Shown: positions 18,801 to 26,568, counted from the stretch's first letter. The stretch is 64,000 nucleotides of DNA from an uncultured Christensenella sp. (GCA_910584975.1 CAJUEA010000001.1:269651-333650); one strand, 5' to 3'. The notes: generated by a model from the letters alone, not told the origin. Numbers and translations: made by a program.

Positions 18801-20781
18801 TTGCACAAACAAGGAGATTAACATTGTTGCTGTGGCTCACAATGGCGTAACTTCAGATTATTGCAAGTATAACATTTTGCCAACAACTATTGACGAAATG
18901 GATATGAGCTATGCAAGTAGCAGTGAAATGCCAACCGTTTTGAGTCAATTTGTTGGTAAAGATTTGAAAATCAGTTATTCTCCAAGTTATTATAAAGGGG
19001 ATGTTTTAGTTATTTTCCCTGCAAACAGGAGAAGTTGGTTTGATTTTGAAGGCAAAGAAAGTGGCAGAGTGGAAGGCGACAAGTTTATCTTTACTGCTGA
19101 GGCACAAAATGGCGAAATTTATTTGAATGATTTTACTTTTAATAATCAATCAGTAATTGAGGAGAACATTGTCATTATCCTTAAAATTGACGGGCAAGAA
19201 AAGGAATATGTTTTGGATGTTGCACACGGAATTGTGCCAAGTGCTGCAAAACAAAGCTCAGATGATAAAACAACAATCACTTTTGACAAAGTGGAATATT
19301 TAAAATCCATTGAAGTCACAATCAACTATAAAGGTAAAGTTGCAGGAGTGAAAACTTTTGAATTTAGCAACGGCAACAGCACACAACAAATTGATTTGGC
19401 TGAAATGTTGTGTTATATCACGCCTGACAGCATTGACATTAAGTATCAATTTGTTGTGCATTATGACACAAATGTGGAGCAAGGCATTAGCGCAAAGGAT
19501 GTTCATATTGAACTTGACGATACAATTAAGGATTTTACTCATTCTATCAGTGGTGCAGAGCAAGATAATTGGGATAAATATAAGTCAAGTGTTACATCTG
19601 CATTTTTGAATGTAGATAAGTTTAGTAAAGATATTAATATACCTCAAAATATCGAAAACATCACTTTTTTAGGAAGTTCTGAAGGTAATGACAGGATTGT
19701 TGTTGAAAACAGAAATGAAGATTTGAATATGATTTTTGACAGCATTAACTACCAAGGTACTATTGATATTCAATCAACAAGCAAGACTTATATGCAATTT
19801 GAAGGTGGATGTAATTTGACATCAAAAGCAGGCGTCAATGCAATTAATTCAAAAGGCGACATTGAATTTACCAACGACGGCAGTGCTGTTAATATTAAAG
19901 CTGTTTCTTCAAGTAATAGTGGCGCAAATGGTGTTGTGGCTGTGGAATGTGTAAATGCAATCTTCAGAAACTGCAATAAATTTAGCGTTTCAGGTAGCAA
20001 CGGCAAAAACGGAAGTGATGGCACTGGTGGTGATATAGGAACAAGAGGTGCCGATGGTGTTTGCACAAGTGGTAGCAAATGGGAAGATGGTTGTGGCAAA
20101 AATGGTGGATCTGGCGAAGCTGGTAGTAATGGTGGAAATGGTGGTGCTGGTGCAGTTGCAATCCATTGTGACTCTATTGAAATCATAAATTCTAACATAG
20201 TTATTACTGGTGGCACAGGTGGCAACGGAGGAAATGGCGGTGCTGGTGGCACAGGTGGCAACGGAGGAAATGGTGCAGAAACTTATGCATATAAAGGCTC
20301 TGATGATGCAGGTAATGGTGGTACTGGTGGCCGAGGTGGAAATGGTGGTCAAGGTGGCTCTGGTGGTGCTGGTGCAAGTGCTGTAAGTGCTAACAGAGTA
20401 ATTGTTCAAAATTCTGAAGTTATGTTTATCAATGGAAAAGGTGGCAATTCGGGAGATGGCGGCGCTGGAGGAAAAGGTGGCAACGGTGGAAATGGTGGAC
20501 CTGATACAAAGGCTATTGGACAGGAAGGATATGGTGGCAATGGCGGCCGAGGGGGCGATGGTGGCTATTGTGGTAGTGCTGGAACAGGTGCTGATATTGT
20601 TGTTATTAATAGCCAGGAAGGCAGCCAAATAACAAATTCCGCAGGTTCTAATGGTCAAAGACCAAATGACCGAGGTGTCAAAGGTCAAGGTGGTGCTGGT
20701 GGTTCACGCGGTGATACTGGTGGAAACGATGATGGAACTATTACCAATGGCTCAGCAGGTGATGACGGCTATGGTAGATAA
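15847..20781 (+). CDS. giant N-terminally anchored surface protein: GLUG repeats, Big_2-like Ig domains, Pmp-like repeats, (Gly-Gly-X)n C-terminal module
   Basis: ORF 15823..20781. The ATG at 15847 overlaps the upstream stop (TAATG), with SD AAAGGAGAAG. The N-terminal TM is GSFLILIAALFVITLIFSMPII. GLUG-like units include GAIAGSNLGEITGC, GGIAGSNNGNINNC and GGIVGSNLAVVTKCYN. Several Big_2-like segments follow. The C-terminal 330 aa alternates GGNGGxGG runs with short beta strands. There is no LPXTG. Confidence 0.85.
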   Translation: MSTLKKNKTGSFLILIAALFVITLIFSMPIITDSLMKNSAINSQSVEIGSKENPILIDSAEAFAKLRYDASKYYRQTKDIDLGELKNFGGISKFFTGNYDGQRFKIKNVKLNKASESGVGLFGVNKGVIANVIIDSGEIVGASQVGAIAGSNLGEITGCTNFAFVKGNGAGIGGIAGSNNGNINNCANRTKIVNSASGTYTGGIVGSNLAVVTKCYNTANVEGGAYIAGIAGNNDGTNMQAEITECYNVGEISGIAKSAICGDNWQGKVENVVYSNEKGLDAVVFNTGTAHNLISSGLTSMASRGVFSGSFSDFDSNWLFMRGNKYPSLRKEYVELQDVDFTGSPDTVQQGSDYQFKARLMPSNATPVTLNYELVSGAACATMDIENGFVSISNEASIGTDVTIAVKADDKTFTHAFKIVKKAVEKVELSAETNKIFYGESVKLNAKVSPDDATYKEVDYIYNDEFVTIENDVVTLKRGCPAGYEFTIAAEADGVVSNAVTMTVGVISPQYLVFPLGGEISVNPGDVVSLTDYIEVYPYNAQYKFLNVDEKNLSKSLSLHSDMTIYVDMQAKIGRYTVGFDVDGKVMINKFVIMVTAPKTKFDFALNAALLTPDSTQEINLRSFDGVNRDVEFELKNNTEGINLSINNSDGTQKYYLNIDKNVSASNFTLVAKTSDGIEIEKTYDIIIPVKDIIVDVNNVSSEMCSYVETTADGELVFNITPNGKAEMDRTELLLNINPTNTTFSQIKYVLTEHEEIVQYDQLNDGKLLLKLYPLSTIYREDGSQKQFIIKLFAGDVEKTLIFKVVPVEVKNAVLYEKNGYSLNDMYVGNTYNIVLEPDAFATDIVYSFITDDLNKNYLYYEIHKNVLSVTILANPSQEEIVVLKGVINNVETQINLVIKVAVEEVKVNYVAEHNKFEAGRGIECVVADVYPSTASDKNVKFFVKKGFEYIDPAYLICNEANECYIKTNENGKAFYKLKTAFESDCTNKEINIVAVAHNGVTSDYCKYNILPTTIDEMDMSYASSSEMPTVLSQFVGKDLKISYSPSYYKGDVLVIFPANRRSWFDFEGKESGRVEGDKFIFTAEAQNGEIYLNDFTFNNQSVIEENIVIILKIDGQEKEYVLDVAHGIVPSAAKQSSDDKTTITFDKVEYLKSIEVTINYKGKVAGVKTFEFSNGNSTQQIDLAEMLCYITPDSIDIKYQFVVHYDTNVEQGISAKDVHIELDDTIKDFTHSISGAEQDNWDKYKSSVTSAFLNVDKFSKDINIPQNIENITFLGSSEGNDRIVVENRNEDLNMIFDSINYQGTIDIQSTSKTYMQFEGGCNLTSKAGVNAINSKGDIEFTNDGSAVNIKAVSSSNSGANGVVAVECVNAIFRNCNKFSVSGSNGKNGSDGTGGDIGTRGADGVCTSGSKWEDGCGKNGGSGEAGSNGGNGGAGAVAIHCDSIEIINSNIVITGGTGGNGGNGGAGGTGGNGGNGAETYAYKGSDDAGNGGTGGRGGNGGQGGSGGAGASAVSANRVIVQNSEVMFINGKGGNSGDGGAGGKGGNGGNGGPDTKAIGQEGYGGNGGRGGDGGYCGSAGTGADIVVINSQEGSQITNSAGSNGQRPNDRGVKGQGGAGGSRGDTGGNDDGTITNGSAGDDGYGR
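20209..20280 (+). repeat. in-frame tandem direct repeat (36-nt period) inside the Gly-rich module
   Basis: The 29-mer GGTGGCACAGGTGGCAACGGAGGAAATGG occurs at 20209-20237 and again, identically, at 20245-20273. Confidence 0.9.
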
Positions 20782-20880
20782 ATTAATTTTAGTTATCAAA
20801 TTTAAAATCTGTAAGCAAAAAAAATTTTTGATACCTTATAAAATTAATTTCAATTACTCGTAATTGAATATTCAATGTTT

Positions 20881-20911
20881 AAATCTGGCGTTATTTAGCG
20901 CCAGATTTTTT
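20881..20911 (+). terminator. intrinsic terminator of the surface-protein operon
   Basis: AAATCTGGCG (20881-20890) pairs with CGCCAGATTT (20899-20908) and is followed by a T run. Confidence 0.75.
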
Positions 20912-20926
20912 GTATGAGCAATATCT

Positions 20927-21218
20927 GAGATTTTTCTTTGCGCCCCACAAAAAAATATTTTTATGTGAACCTCAGTTTTTTATGTTTTTGTCATTTCGAG
21001 CTTGTCGAGAAATCTCCAATTATGCTTGTGTACAATAAAATGTTAACTTATTTACTCAGCATGCAGAGTTAGAGATGTTTCGACTGCGTTGCACTTCGCT
21101 CAACATGACACTAACAATGTCATCCAGAGCGATTACGGGATTCCCACAAAATAACCTTTTTGTGGAGTCCCCAGTTTTTTTATATTTTGTGTCATCCCGA
21201 GCGTAGTCGAGGGATCTC
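20927..21218. repeat. cluster 1 of a REP/MITE-like interspersed repeat (core TGTCATyyCGAGC..TCGAGrrATCTC)
   Basis: Copies lie at 20989-21017 (+), 21072-21110 (-), 21118-21143 (+) and 21190-21218 (+). A degenerate copy at 20927-20975 (-) carries a CCCACAAAA...TTTTGTGG hairpin, and a similar hairpin sits at 21144-21165. Translation gives the ..SLDYARDD.. type of artefact ORF. Confidence 0.85.
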
Positions 21219-21455
21219 AAACTTTGTCTACTGAATAAATAATTGTAATCAATTTTAGGCATAGTGAATTTACATAACTAAACTATTTTTTAAGCATATA
21301 ACTAATAAATTTGATTTGGTATTGTATAGTCGCAAAAAATATGGTAAAATAATAATATAATATGATAATTAATAACAATAATATATAAAGTATTTATCAT
21401 TTTGAAAATATTTTGCAGAAATTTTGACAAATCACAAAAAAATTTTCAAAAGGTA

Positions 21456-21483
21456 TTGACAAAATTTTTATTTGTGGTATAAT
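21456..21483 (+). promoter_or_regulatory. sigma-A promoter with extended -10
   Basis: TTGACA (21456-21461), a 16-nt spacer, then TGg-TATAAT (21475-21483). Confidence 0.65.
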
Positions 21484-21507
21484 CTATTCGGGTTAGACAT
21501 ATATGTT

Positions 21508-21591
21508 CACATAATGCGTGAGCGTTTCTACAAACTTGCTAAAGTTTACTATGCCTGAGTGAAGGATAACTTTAGCAATTTTTTGTTTTTT
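21508..21591 (+). promoter_or_regulatory. structured 5' leader: purine-riboswitch-like three-way junction overlapping an intrinsic terminator
   Basis: The elements are CAUA (21510-13), a GC-GUGA-GC mini hairpin, GUUUCUAC (21524-31), a hairpin AAACUU-GCUA-AAGUUU (21532-47), then AC-UAUG (21548-53). The terminator is TTGCTAAAGTT (21536-46) with AACTTTAGCAA (21568-78) plus a T run. Its 5' arm overlaps the hairpin. The SD follows at 21592. Confidence 0.45.
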
Positions 21592-21605
21592 AGGAGGAAA
21601 AATTA

Positions 21606-23084
21606 ATGGAAAATGATTATTTGTATGACTTGATTATTGTCGGTGCTGGACCTGCAGGAATTTTTACTGCACTTGAGTTAATATGTAAGCATTATCACGG
21701 CAAAATATTGATAATTGAAAAGGGAAAAGCAGTGGAAAAGCGTGTTTGTCCAAAAAGCAAAACGATGAATTGCGTAAACTGCAAACCATATTGTAATATT
21801 ACAACAGGCTTTAGTGGTGCAGGTGCTTTTTCTGACGGAAAATTGTCTTTAAGCCCAGAAGTTGGTGGCGATTTACCTGAATTGATTGGTGTTAAACAAG
21901 CAGAAGAATTGATAAAATATACTGATAGTTTATATTTGGAGTTTGGAGCAGATACTAAAATAGAAGGAATTGACAACAGTGAAAAGGTTAAGGAAATTCG
22001 AAAAAAAGCTATTCAAGCAGGCTTGAAACTTGTGGATTGTCCTATTAGGCATTTAGGTACGGAAAAAGCTCAAGAAATATATTATAAAATAGAACAATAT
22101 TTACTCAATAATTTGGTTCACATTCATTTTAATGCAAATGTTGAGGATATCATCATAAAAGATGGAGAATGCCTTGGTGTTGTGGTAAATGAGGAAAAAT
22201 TGCAAATTGAGTATCGTGCAAGAAAGGTTGTGATTGCAACAGGAAGGCGTGGCGCTGATTGGTTGGAAAGAATTTGCGAAGAGCATAATATTTTGCACGA
22301 GGCTGGTGTTGTGGATATCGGTGTGCGTGTGGAAGTTCGCAATGAGATTATGGAAGAAGTCAACAATGTCCTTTATGAATCCAAACTGATTGGTTATCCA
22401 AAGCCATTCAAAAACAAAGTGCGTACTTTTTGCCAGAATCCGGGTGGTTTTGTAAGTCAAGAAAACTATGATAACAATCTTGCAGTAGTAAACGGACATT
22501 CTTATAAAGAGAAAAAATCAAACAACACAAATCTTTCAATTTTGTGCAGCGCAAAATTCACAGAGCCTTTCAATCAACCTATTGCTTATGCTCAAAAGGT
22601 TGGAGAACTTACAAATATGCTTGGCAATGGCAAAGTTCTTGTGCAAAGATATGGAGATATTTTGGATGGAAAAAGAACTTGGCAAAAAGAGCTTGACAAC
22701 AGCAATGTTCGTCCAACTTTGCCCGATGCAGTTGCAGGGGATATCACAAGTGCAATGCCATATCGTCCAATGCTGAATATTATCAATTTTATCAAAGCAG
22801 TTGACGAGGTAGTGCCCGGATTTGCAAGCCCCGAAACATTGCTTTATTCCCCTGAATTAAAGTTTTATAGTAACAAAATAAAAATGGATGAAAACCTTAA
22901 TACAAACATAAAAAATCTTTATTGTTTGGGAGATAGTTCAGGCTGGACGAGAGGACTTATGATGGCATCTGTAATGGGTGTTAAAATGGCACGAGCATTG
23001 CTTGACGGTGGCGAAAACAAGCTTGTTGACAAACATTTTTGTGGGTTTCCATGCCCACCACTAAAAGCTTTTGATAAAGTGTAA
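21606..23084 (+). CDS. FAD-dependent oxidoreductase, COG2509-type uncharacterised dehydrogenase
   Basis: A Rossmann motif DLIIVGAGPAGIF, then GFSGAGAFSDGKL and a C-terminal LYCLGDSSGWTRG, typical of the COG2509 family. Confidence 0.75.
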   Translation: MENDYLYDLIIVGAGPAGIFTALELICKHYHGKILIIEKGKAVEKRVCPKSKTMNCVNCKPYCNITTGFSGAGAFSDGKLSLSPEVGGDLPELIGVKQAEELIKYTDSLYLEFGADTKIEGIDNSEKVKEIRKKAIQAGLKLVDCPIRHLGTEKAQEIYYKIEQYLLNNLVHIHFNANVEDIIIKDGECLGVVVNEEKLQIEYRARKVVIATGRRGADWLERICEEHNILHEAGVVDIGVRVEVRNEIMEEVNNVLYESKLIGYPKPFKNKVRTFCQNPGGFVSQENYDNNLAVVNGHSYKEKKSNNTNLSILCSAKFTEPFNQPIAYAQKVGELTNMLGNGKVLVQRYGDILDGKRTWQKELDNSNVRPTLPDAVAGDITSAMPYRPMLNIINFIKAVDEVVPGFASPETLLYSPELKFYSNKIKMDENLNTNIKNLYCLGDSSGWTRGLMMASVMGVKMARALLDGGENKLVDKHFCGFPCPPLKAFDKV

Positions 23085-23100
23085 TTTGTACTTTGAAAGA

Positions 23101-23132
23101 AAAATAACTGAGTGATAAACTCAGTTATTTTT
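23101..23132. terminator. bidirectional intrinsic terminator
   Basis: AAAATAACTGAG (23101-12) pairs with CTCAGTTATTTT (23120-31). It lies between convergent genes. Confidence 0.7.
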
Positions 23133-23186
23133 GCGTTTAGTGCCGATTTTTGATGTGTTTTTTACAAAAATTATGCTTTTATGAAC

Positions 23187-24350
23187 TTATTTTTCAATCT
23201 CTATTCCACCAAGATATGTGCTTATTAAATTGCCTTTTTCGTCAAGAAGATTAAAATCTGCAAGCATCCCAACTACAATATCGCCACGGTCAGTGATGTT
23301 CATAAGTTTTGCAGGATTAAGACTTCCCATTTTGACGCACTCCTCAAGTGGAATGTCAAGGTTTCCACAAAGGTTTGCAACCATTTTGCTGATTGGTGTA
23401 ACGCTGCCAGCATAGGTATTGAGTTCCTTGATTATTGCAACATCTTCCTCAATGACAATTTTTTGTTTGGAAACACCACTGCCAAGGAAAAATTCTCCAC
23501 CATGATTGCCACTTATTGCAAGTGAATCGGAAACAAGGCAAATTTTGTCTGAAGTTTTAAGTTTGAAAATCATTTTGAACAAAGGATTTGGAACATGTCT
23601 GTTGTCGGCAATAACTTCGTTGTAAAGTCTGTCATCTATCAAACCAACTTCTGTCAAGCCTAAATGCTTGTGTGGAGTAGTGCGTCTTGAACAGCGAGAG
23701 GTGCAGTTGTACATATGAGTAACGCTGCTTGCACCATTATCTGTCAAGGCATTAATCTCGTCATCAATGCTTGCATCGTGTCCCAAACTTATTTGAATAT
23801 TGTTTTCAGTGCATTTTTTTGTAAACCAATCGCTGTTTTGTTGGTCAGGCGCAATGGTTATTCTTGAGATAATATCTTTGTTTTCCCACACCCAAGTTGT
23901 GTTTGCTTCGTTTGGCTCAAGTATATAAGCAGGTGGATGTGCCCCCGGTGCTTTTTTTGAAATAAATGGACCTTCCAAATGAGTTCCAAAAATTCTTGCG
24001 TATGGAGATTTGTATTTTCTTACATTGTCAATTGCTTGCAAAGTGGTTGGGATATCTGCTGTTAGTGTGGTTGGAATATAAGTTGTGCTACCAGTAATCA
24101 AATGATATTTTGAAATTTCATCCAAAGCAACTTTTGTGCCTTCCATAACATCGTGTCCACCACCACCGTGGGTGTGAATATCAATATAACCGGCTGCAAG
24201 AATACCACCATTAAGGTCGTATACAATGTCTGCATTTTGAATATCATCTAATGAGGTAATTTTGTTGATTTTGCCGTCCTTAACATAGATATTGCAAGCT
24301 TTTTCCAGTTTGCCACCAATTATTGGGCGTACATTTTTAAATAAAATCAT
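23187..24350 (-). CDS. nagA: N-acetylglucosamine-6-phosphate deacetylase
   Basis: GYIDIHTHGGGGHD, HLEGPF, ISLGHD and VTHMYN are NagA amidohydrolase signatures. Confidence 0.92.
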   Translation of the reverse strand: MILFKNVRPIIGGKLEKACNIYVKDGKINKITSLDDIQNADIVYDLNGGILAAGYIDIHTHGGGGHDVMEGTKVALDEISKYHLITGSTTYIPTTLTADIPTTLQAIDNVRKYKSPYARIFGTHLEGPFISKKAPGAHPPAYILEPNEANTTWVWENKDIISRITIAPDQQNSDWFTKKCTENNIQISLGHDASIDDEINALTDNGASSVTHMYNCTSRCSRRTTPHKHLGLTEVGLIDDRLYNEVIADNRHVPNPLFKMIFKLKTSDKICLVSDSLAISGNHGGEFFLGSGVSKQKIVIEEDVAIIKELNTYAGSVTPISKMVANLCGNLDIPLEECVKMGSLNPAKLMNITDRGDIVVGMLADFNLLDEKGNLISTYLGGIEIEK

Positions 24351-24501
24351 AGTTCGCTCCTATTGTTTTTATTGATATTATTATACTCCAATATTACGCT
24401 AAAAGCAAGAGTTTAATGTGGATTATTTGTTAAAGTTGCTTGTCTATTTGTTTGTTATAAAACAAATATTTAGAAAGCTAGTTGCTAAAACGACAAAAAA
24501 T

Positions 24502-24529
24502 TTGCAAAAATAAAAATTTGTGGTAAAAT
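24502..24529 (+). promoter_or_regulatory. sigma-A promoter with extended -10 (paralog 1)
   Basis: TTGCAA (24502-07), a 16-nt spacer, then TGg-TAAAAT (24521-29). Confidence 0.55.
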
Positions 24530-24571
24530 ATATATGTATAAGTTTACTCTATAATTCTTTTGAGAGGTCGT

Positions 24572-26545
24572 ATGAAAGATAAAAACCATAATCAAAATGG
24601 AATTGAGAGTGGTGTGGTGGATGTTGAGTCCACACAAGATTTTGCCACGCAAAATGCCACTTTGAGTGAAAATAATTACATTGACAAAGGCACAGAAAGT
24701 GGTGCTGAGGTTTTTGTGCACGATGATGAAAATTCACTTGGTGAGTTTACTGATAAAGTGCTTGTGGACGGAGTTGTTGCCACAGGTATTTTCGGTGATA
24801 ACTTGCAAGTGGAAGAGAATGAAATTTCCACTGAACAACGCGCATTGAGCAGTCAAAAAATTGATGTTTTTTACAGCGATGATGCTGAAAATCAAGTGGA
24901 CAATGTTTCGGCAGACGAATTTGAAAATATGGACAATGTAATTGACGGAGTTCACAGAAAACCACACAAAAAGAAAAAAAGAAAAACTAAGGTAAGAAAA
25001 ATTGTTGTTCGCACTTATTGCACAGTTTTTATTGCAGTAATTGGTATTGTTATGATTTATTTTGGAGCTACATTTTTTCAAGTTTCACCAACACAAGGTA
25101 TGGATGGTGCAGATTTGAGGGTTGATATGAAAGGCTTGCCGCATAAGGTTGGTACTGATGGGGCAGATATTAATTTGAAACAAATGTTTCCTGACGGCAG
25201 TGATTTTAAAAAGACTGGTGGAAATTCAACTATAAATTCAGAAGGCATATTGAAAATAAGTCCAAGTGATACATCTTTCAAATTGACATATACTGAAACA
25301 AAAGACGAAAAAGTTGAAAGTGTGGAAAGGGAAATTGAAGTTATTAAAGATGCAGTTAATGTTTCGGATTGGGATAGTTTGTCAGAGGCAATTAAAGAAG
25401 AAAAAATCGTTTGTTTGCAAACTGCATATCTTGCAGCACCAGTTATGGAAGGCGAAAAAGCAAAAACTATGTCTGGATTTAAATTGAAAAATGATTTGTA
25501 TGGCAATGGTTGCAAACTTAATGTTTTTGAAATTGTTTGTTGCAGAAACAAAAATTCTGGTGGTAAATTGACAACTCCTTATTTGCAAGGAAATGGTCCG
25601 ACTGCTGGTTACACAGCTTTTGCCATAGGCGTTAAAGAAGGTGGCGAGCAAATTACAATGCAAGACTTGCATATTGTTGGCAATGATATGATTACTGAAG
25701 AAGGCGGTAATTTGGAAGGCGTAAATGAGACAATTATCCAAAAAAGAGGATTAAAATTGTTCAGTAGATATGGACATTTGGTAAGTGTTTCAGGTGATAC
25801 GAAAGAGGTTGATGGTGGAATGAAAGGCGAAAAAGCCAACTTCAAACTAAAGCATTGTGTTTTGGAAAACGGACATCAACTTATCCATGTAAGACACAGC
25901 AATATGGATTTTGAAGGCAACATTATTCGTAACGCATCTGACACAACACTTTCTGTTGCAACTTATGCAAATGAACGCAGTGTGATAAATTCAAAAGACA
26001 ATGTCATTGCAAATTCGCTTACAGGTGGTGTGGTATTTTATTGTTATGACGGAAATATAAGCGAGGATAATGCCGAAAACAGCTGGAATGAACTTAATGT
26101 TGTGGAAGGAAGTTTTTTGGATATTTACAACTGGAAATTGCAGGATGGTTTGGCGTTTATGCCAGAAACAGAAAGTGGCTCTGAAATTGCTAACCCTGTT
26201 GCAAAAAGCGAAATTCCAAAAAAAGATTATGACAATTTAAAAGCAGCAGTTGATGGAAAAAAATATATCCACTTTGCAATTATCAAGTTGCGTACAGGTG
26301 GGGGGCTAGCAAAAAATGGCTCTTATGTAAAAAACTATGAGTCGCTTGGCTATCAAACAACCAGAAATAAAGGCTATGAAAATGGTTTCCCATTGCCAAA
26401 GATTGCTGCCGCTATCATCAAAGATATTGATGTTTGGGGATATTACGAAAAGAGCGACGGAGCTGTTTCTCCAACTGCTGTTTTGGACGGAAATGTTGTG
26501 GAAACTTTGTATGAAGAACTTAAATTTGGCAGAAAAGCTGCCTAA
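24572..26545 (+). CDS. single-pass (N-in) membrane protein with beta-helix-like ectodomain, unknown family, paralog 1
   Basis: ORF 24560..26545 (TTG). I place the start at the ATG at 24572, after GAGAGG. The parts in order are an acidic N-terminal tail, FENMDNVIDG, the polybasic HRKPHKKKKRKTKVRK, and the TM helix YCTVFIAVIGIVMIYFGATFF. The ectodomain has PbH1-like rungs (NVIANSLTGGVVFYCYDG and others). Confidence 0.8.
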   Translation: MKDKNHNQNGIESGVVDVESTQDFATQNATLSENNYIDKGTESGAEVFVHDDENSLGEFTDKVLVDGVVATGIFGDNLQVEENEISTEQRALSSQKIDVFYSDDAENQVDNVSADEFENMDNVIDGVHRKPHKKKKRKTKVRKIVVRTYCTVFIAVIGIVMIYFGATFFQVSPTQGMDGADLRVDMKGLPHKVGTDGADINLKQMFPDGSDFKKTGGNSTINSEGILKISPSDTSFKLTYTETKDEKVESVEREIEVIKDAVNVSDWDSLSEAIKEEKIVCLQTAYLAAPVMEGEKAKTMSGFKLKNDLYGNGCKLNVFEIVCCRNKNSGGKLTTPYLQGNGPTAGYTAFAIGVKEGGEQITMQDLHIVGNDMITEEGGNLEGVNETIIQKRGLKLFSRYGHLVSVSGDTKEVDGGMKGEKANFKLKHCVLENGHQLIHVRHSNMDFEGNIIRNASDTTLSVATYANERSVINSKDNVIANSLTGGVVFYCYDGNISEDNAENSWNELNVVEGSFLDIYNWKLQDGLAFMPETESGSEIANPVAKSEIPKKDYDNLKAAVDGKKYIHFAIIKLRTGGGLAKNGSYVKNYESLGYQTTRNKGYENGFPLPKIAAAIIKDIDVWGYYEKSDGAVSPTAVLDGNVVETLYEELKFGRKAA

Positions 26546-26568
26546 GCAAATTCAAAATTTAAAAATTG

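Noticed and set aside
19788-20688. Long reverse-strand ORFs (157 aa Pro-rich at 19788..20261; 232 aa Ser/Thr/Ile-rich at 19990..20688) opposite the Gly-rich module
   Set aside because: These are shadow frames of GGN-rich coding DNA. The reverse complement of Gly codons gives Pro, Thr and Ala runs. They have no SD and low complexity, and they are fully contained in a well-supported forward gene.
20704-20718. RGD tripeptide (GGSRGDTGG) in the giant protein as an integrin-binding motif
   Set aside because: This is a single tripeptide in an R/G/D-rich low-complexity region, so it is expected by chance.
21056-21262. 68-aa ORF (..SLDYARDD..), with similar ORFs at 40438..40743 and 40867..41073
   Set aside because: They are composed almost entirely of the interspersed repeat units and hairpins, and they lack SD sites. 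This is a typical repeat-derived annotation artefact.
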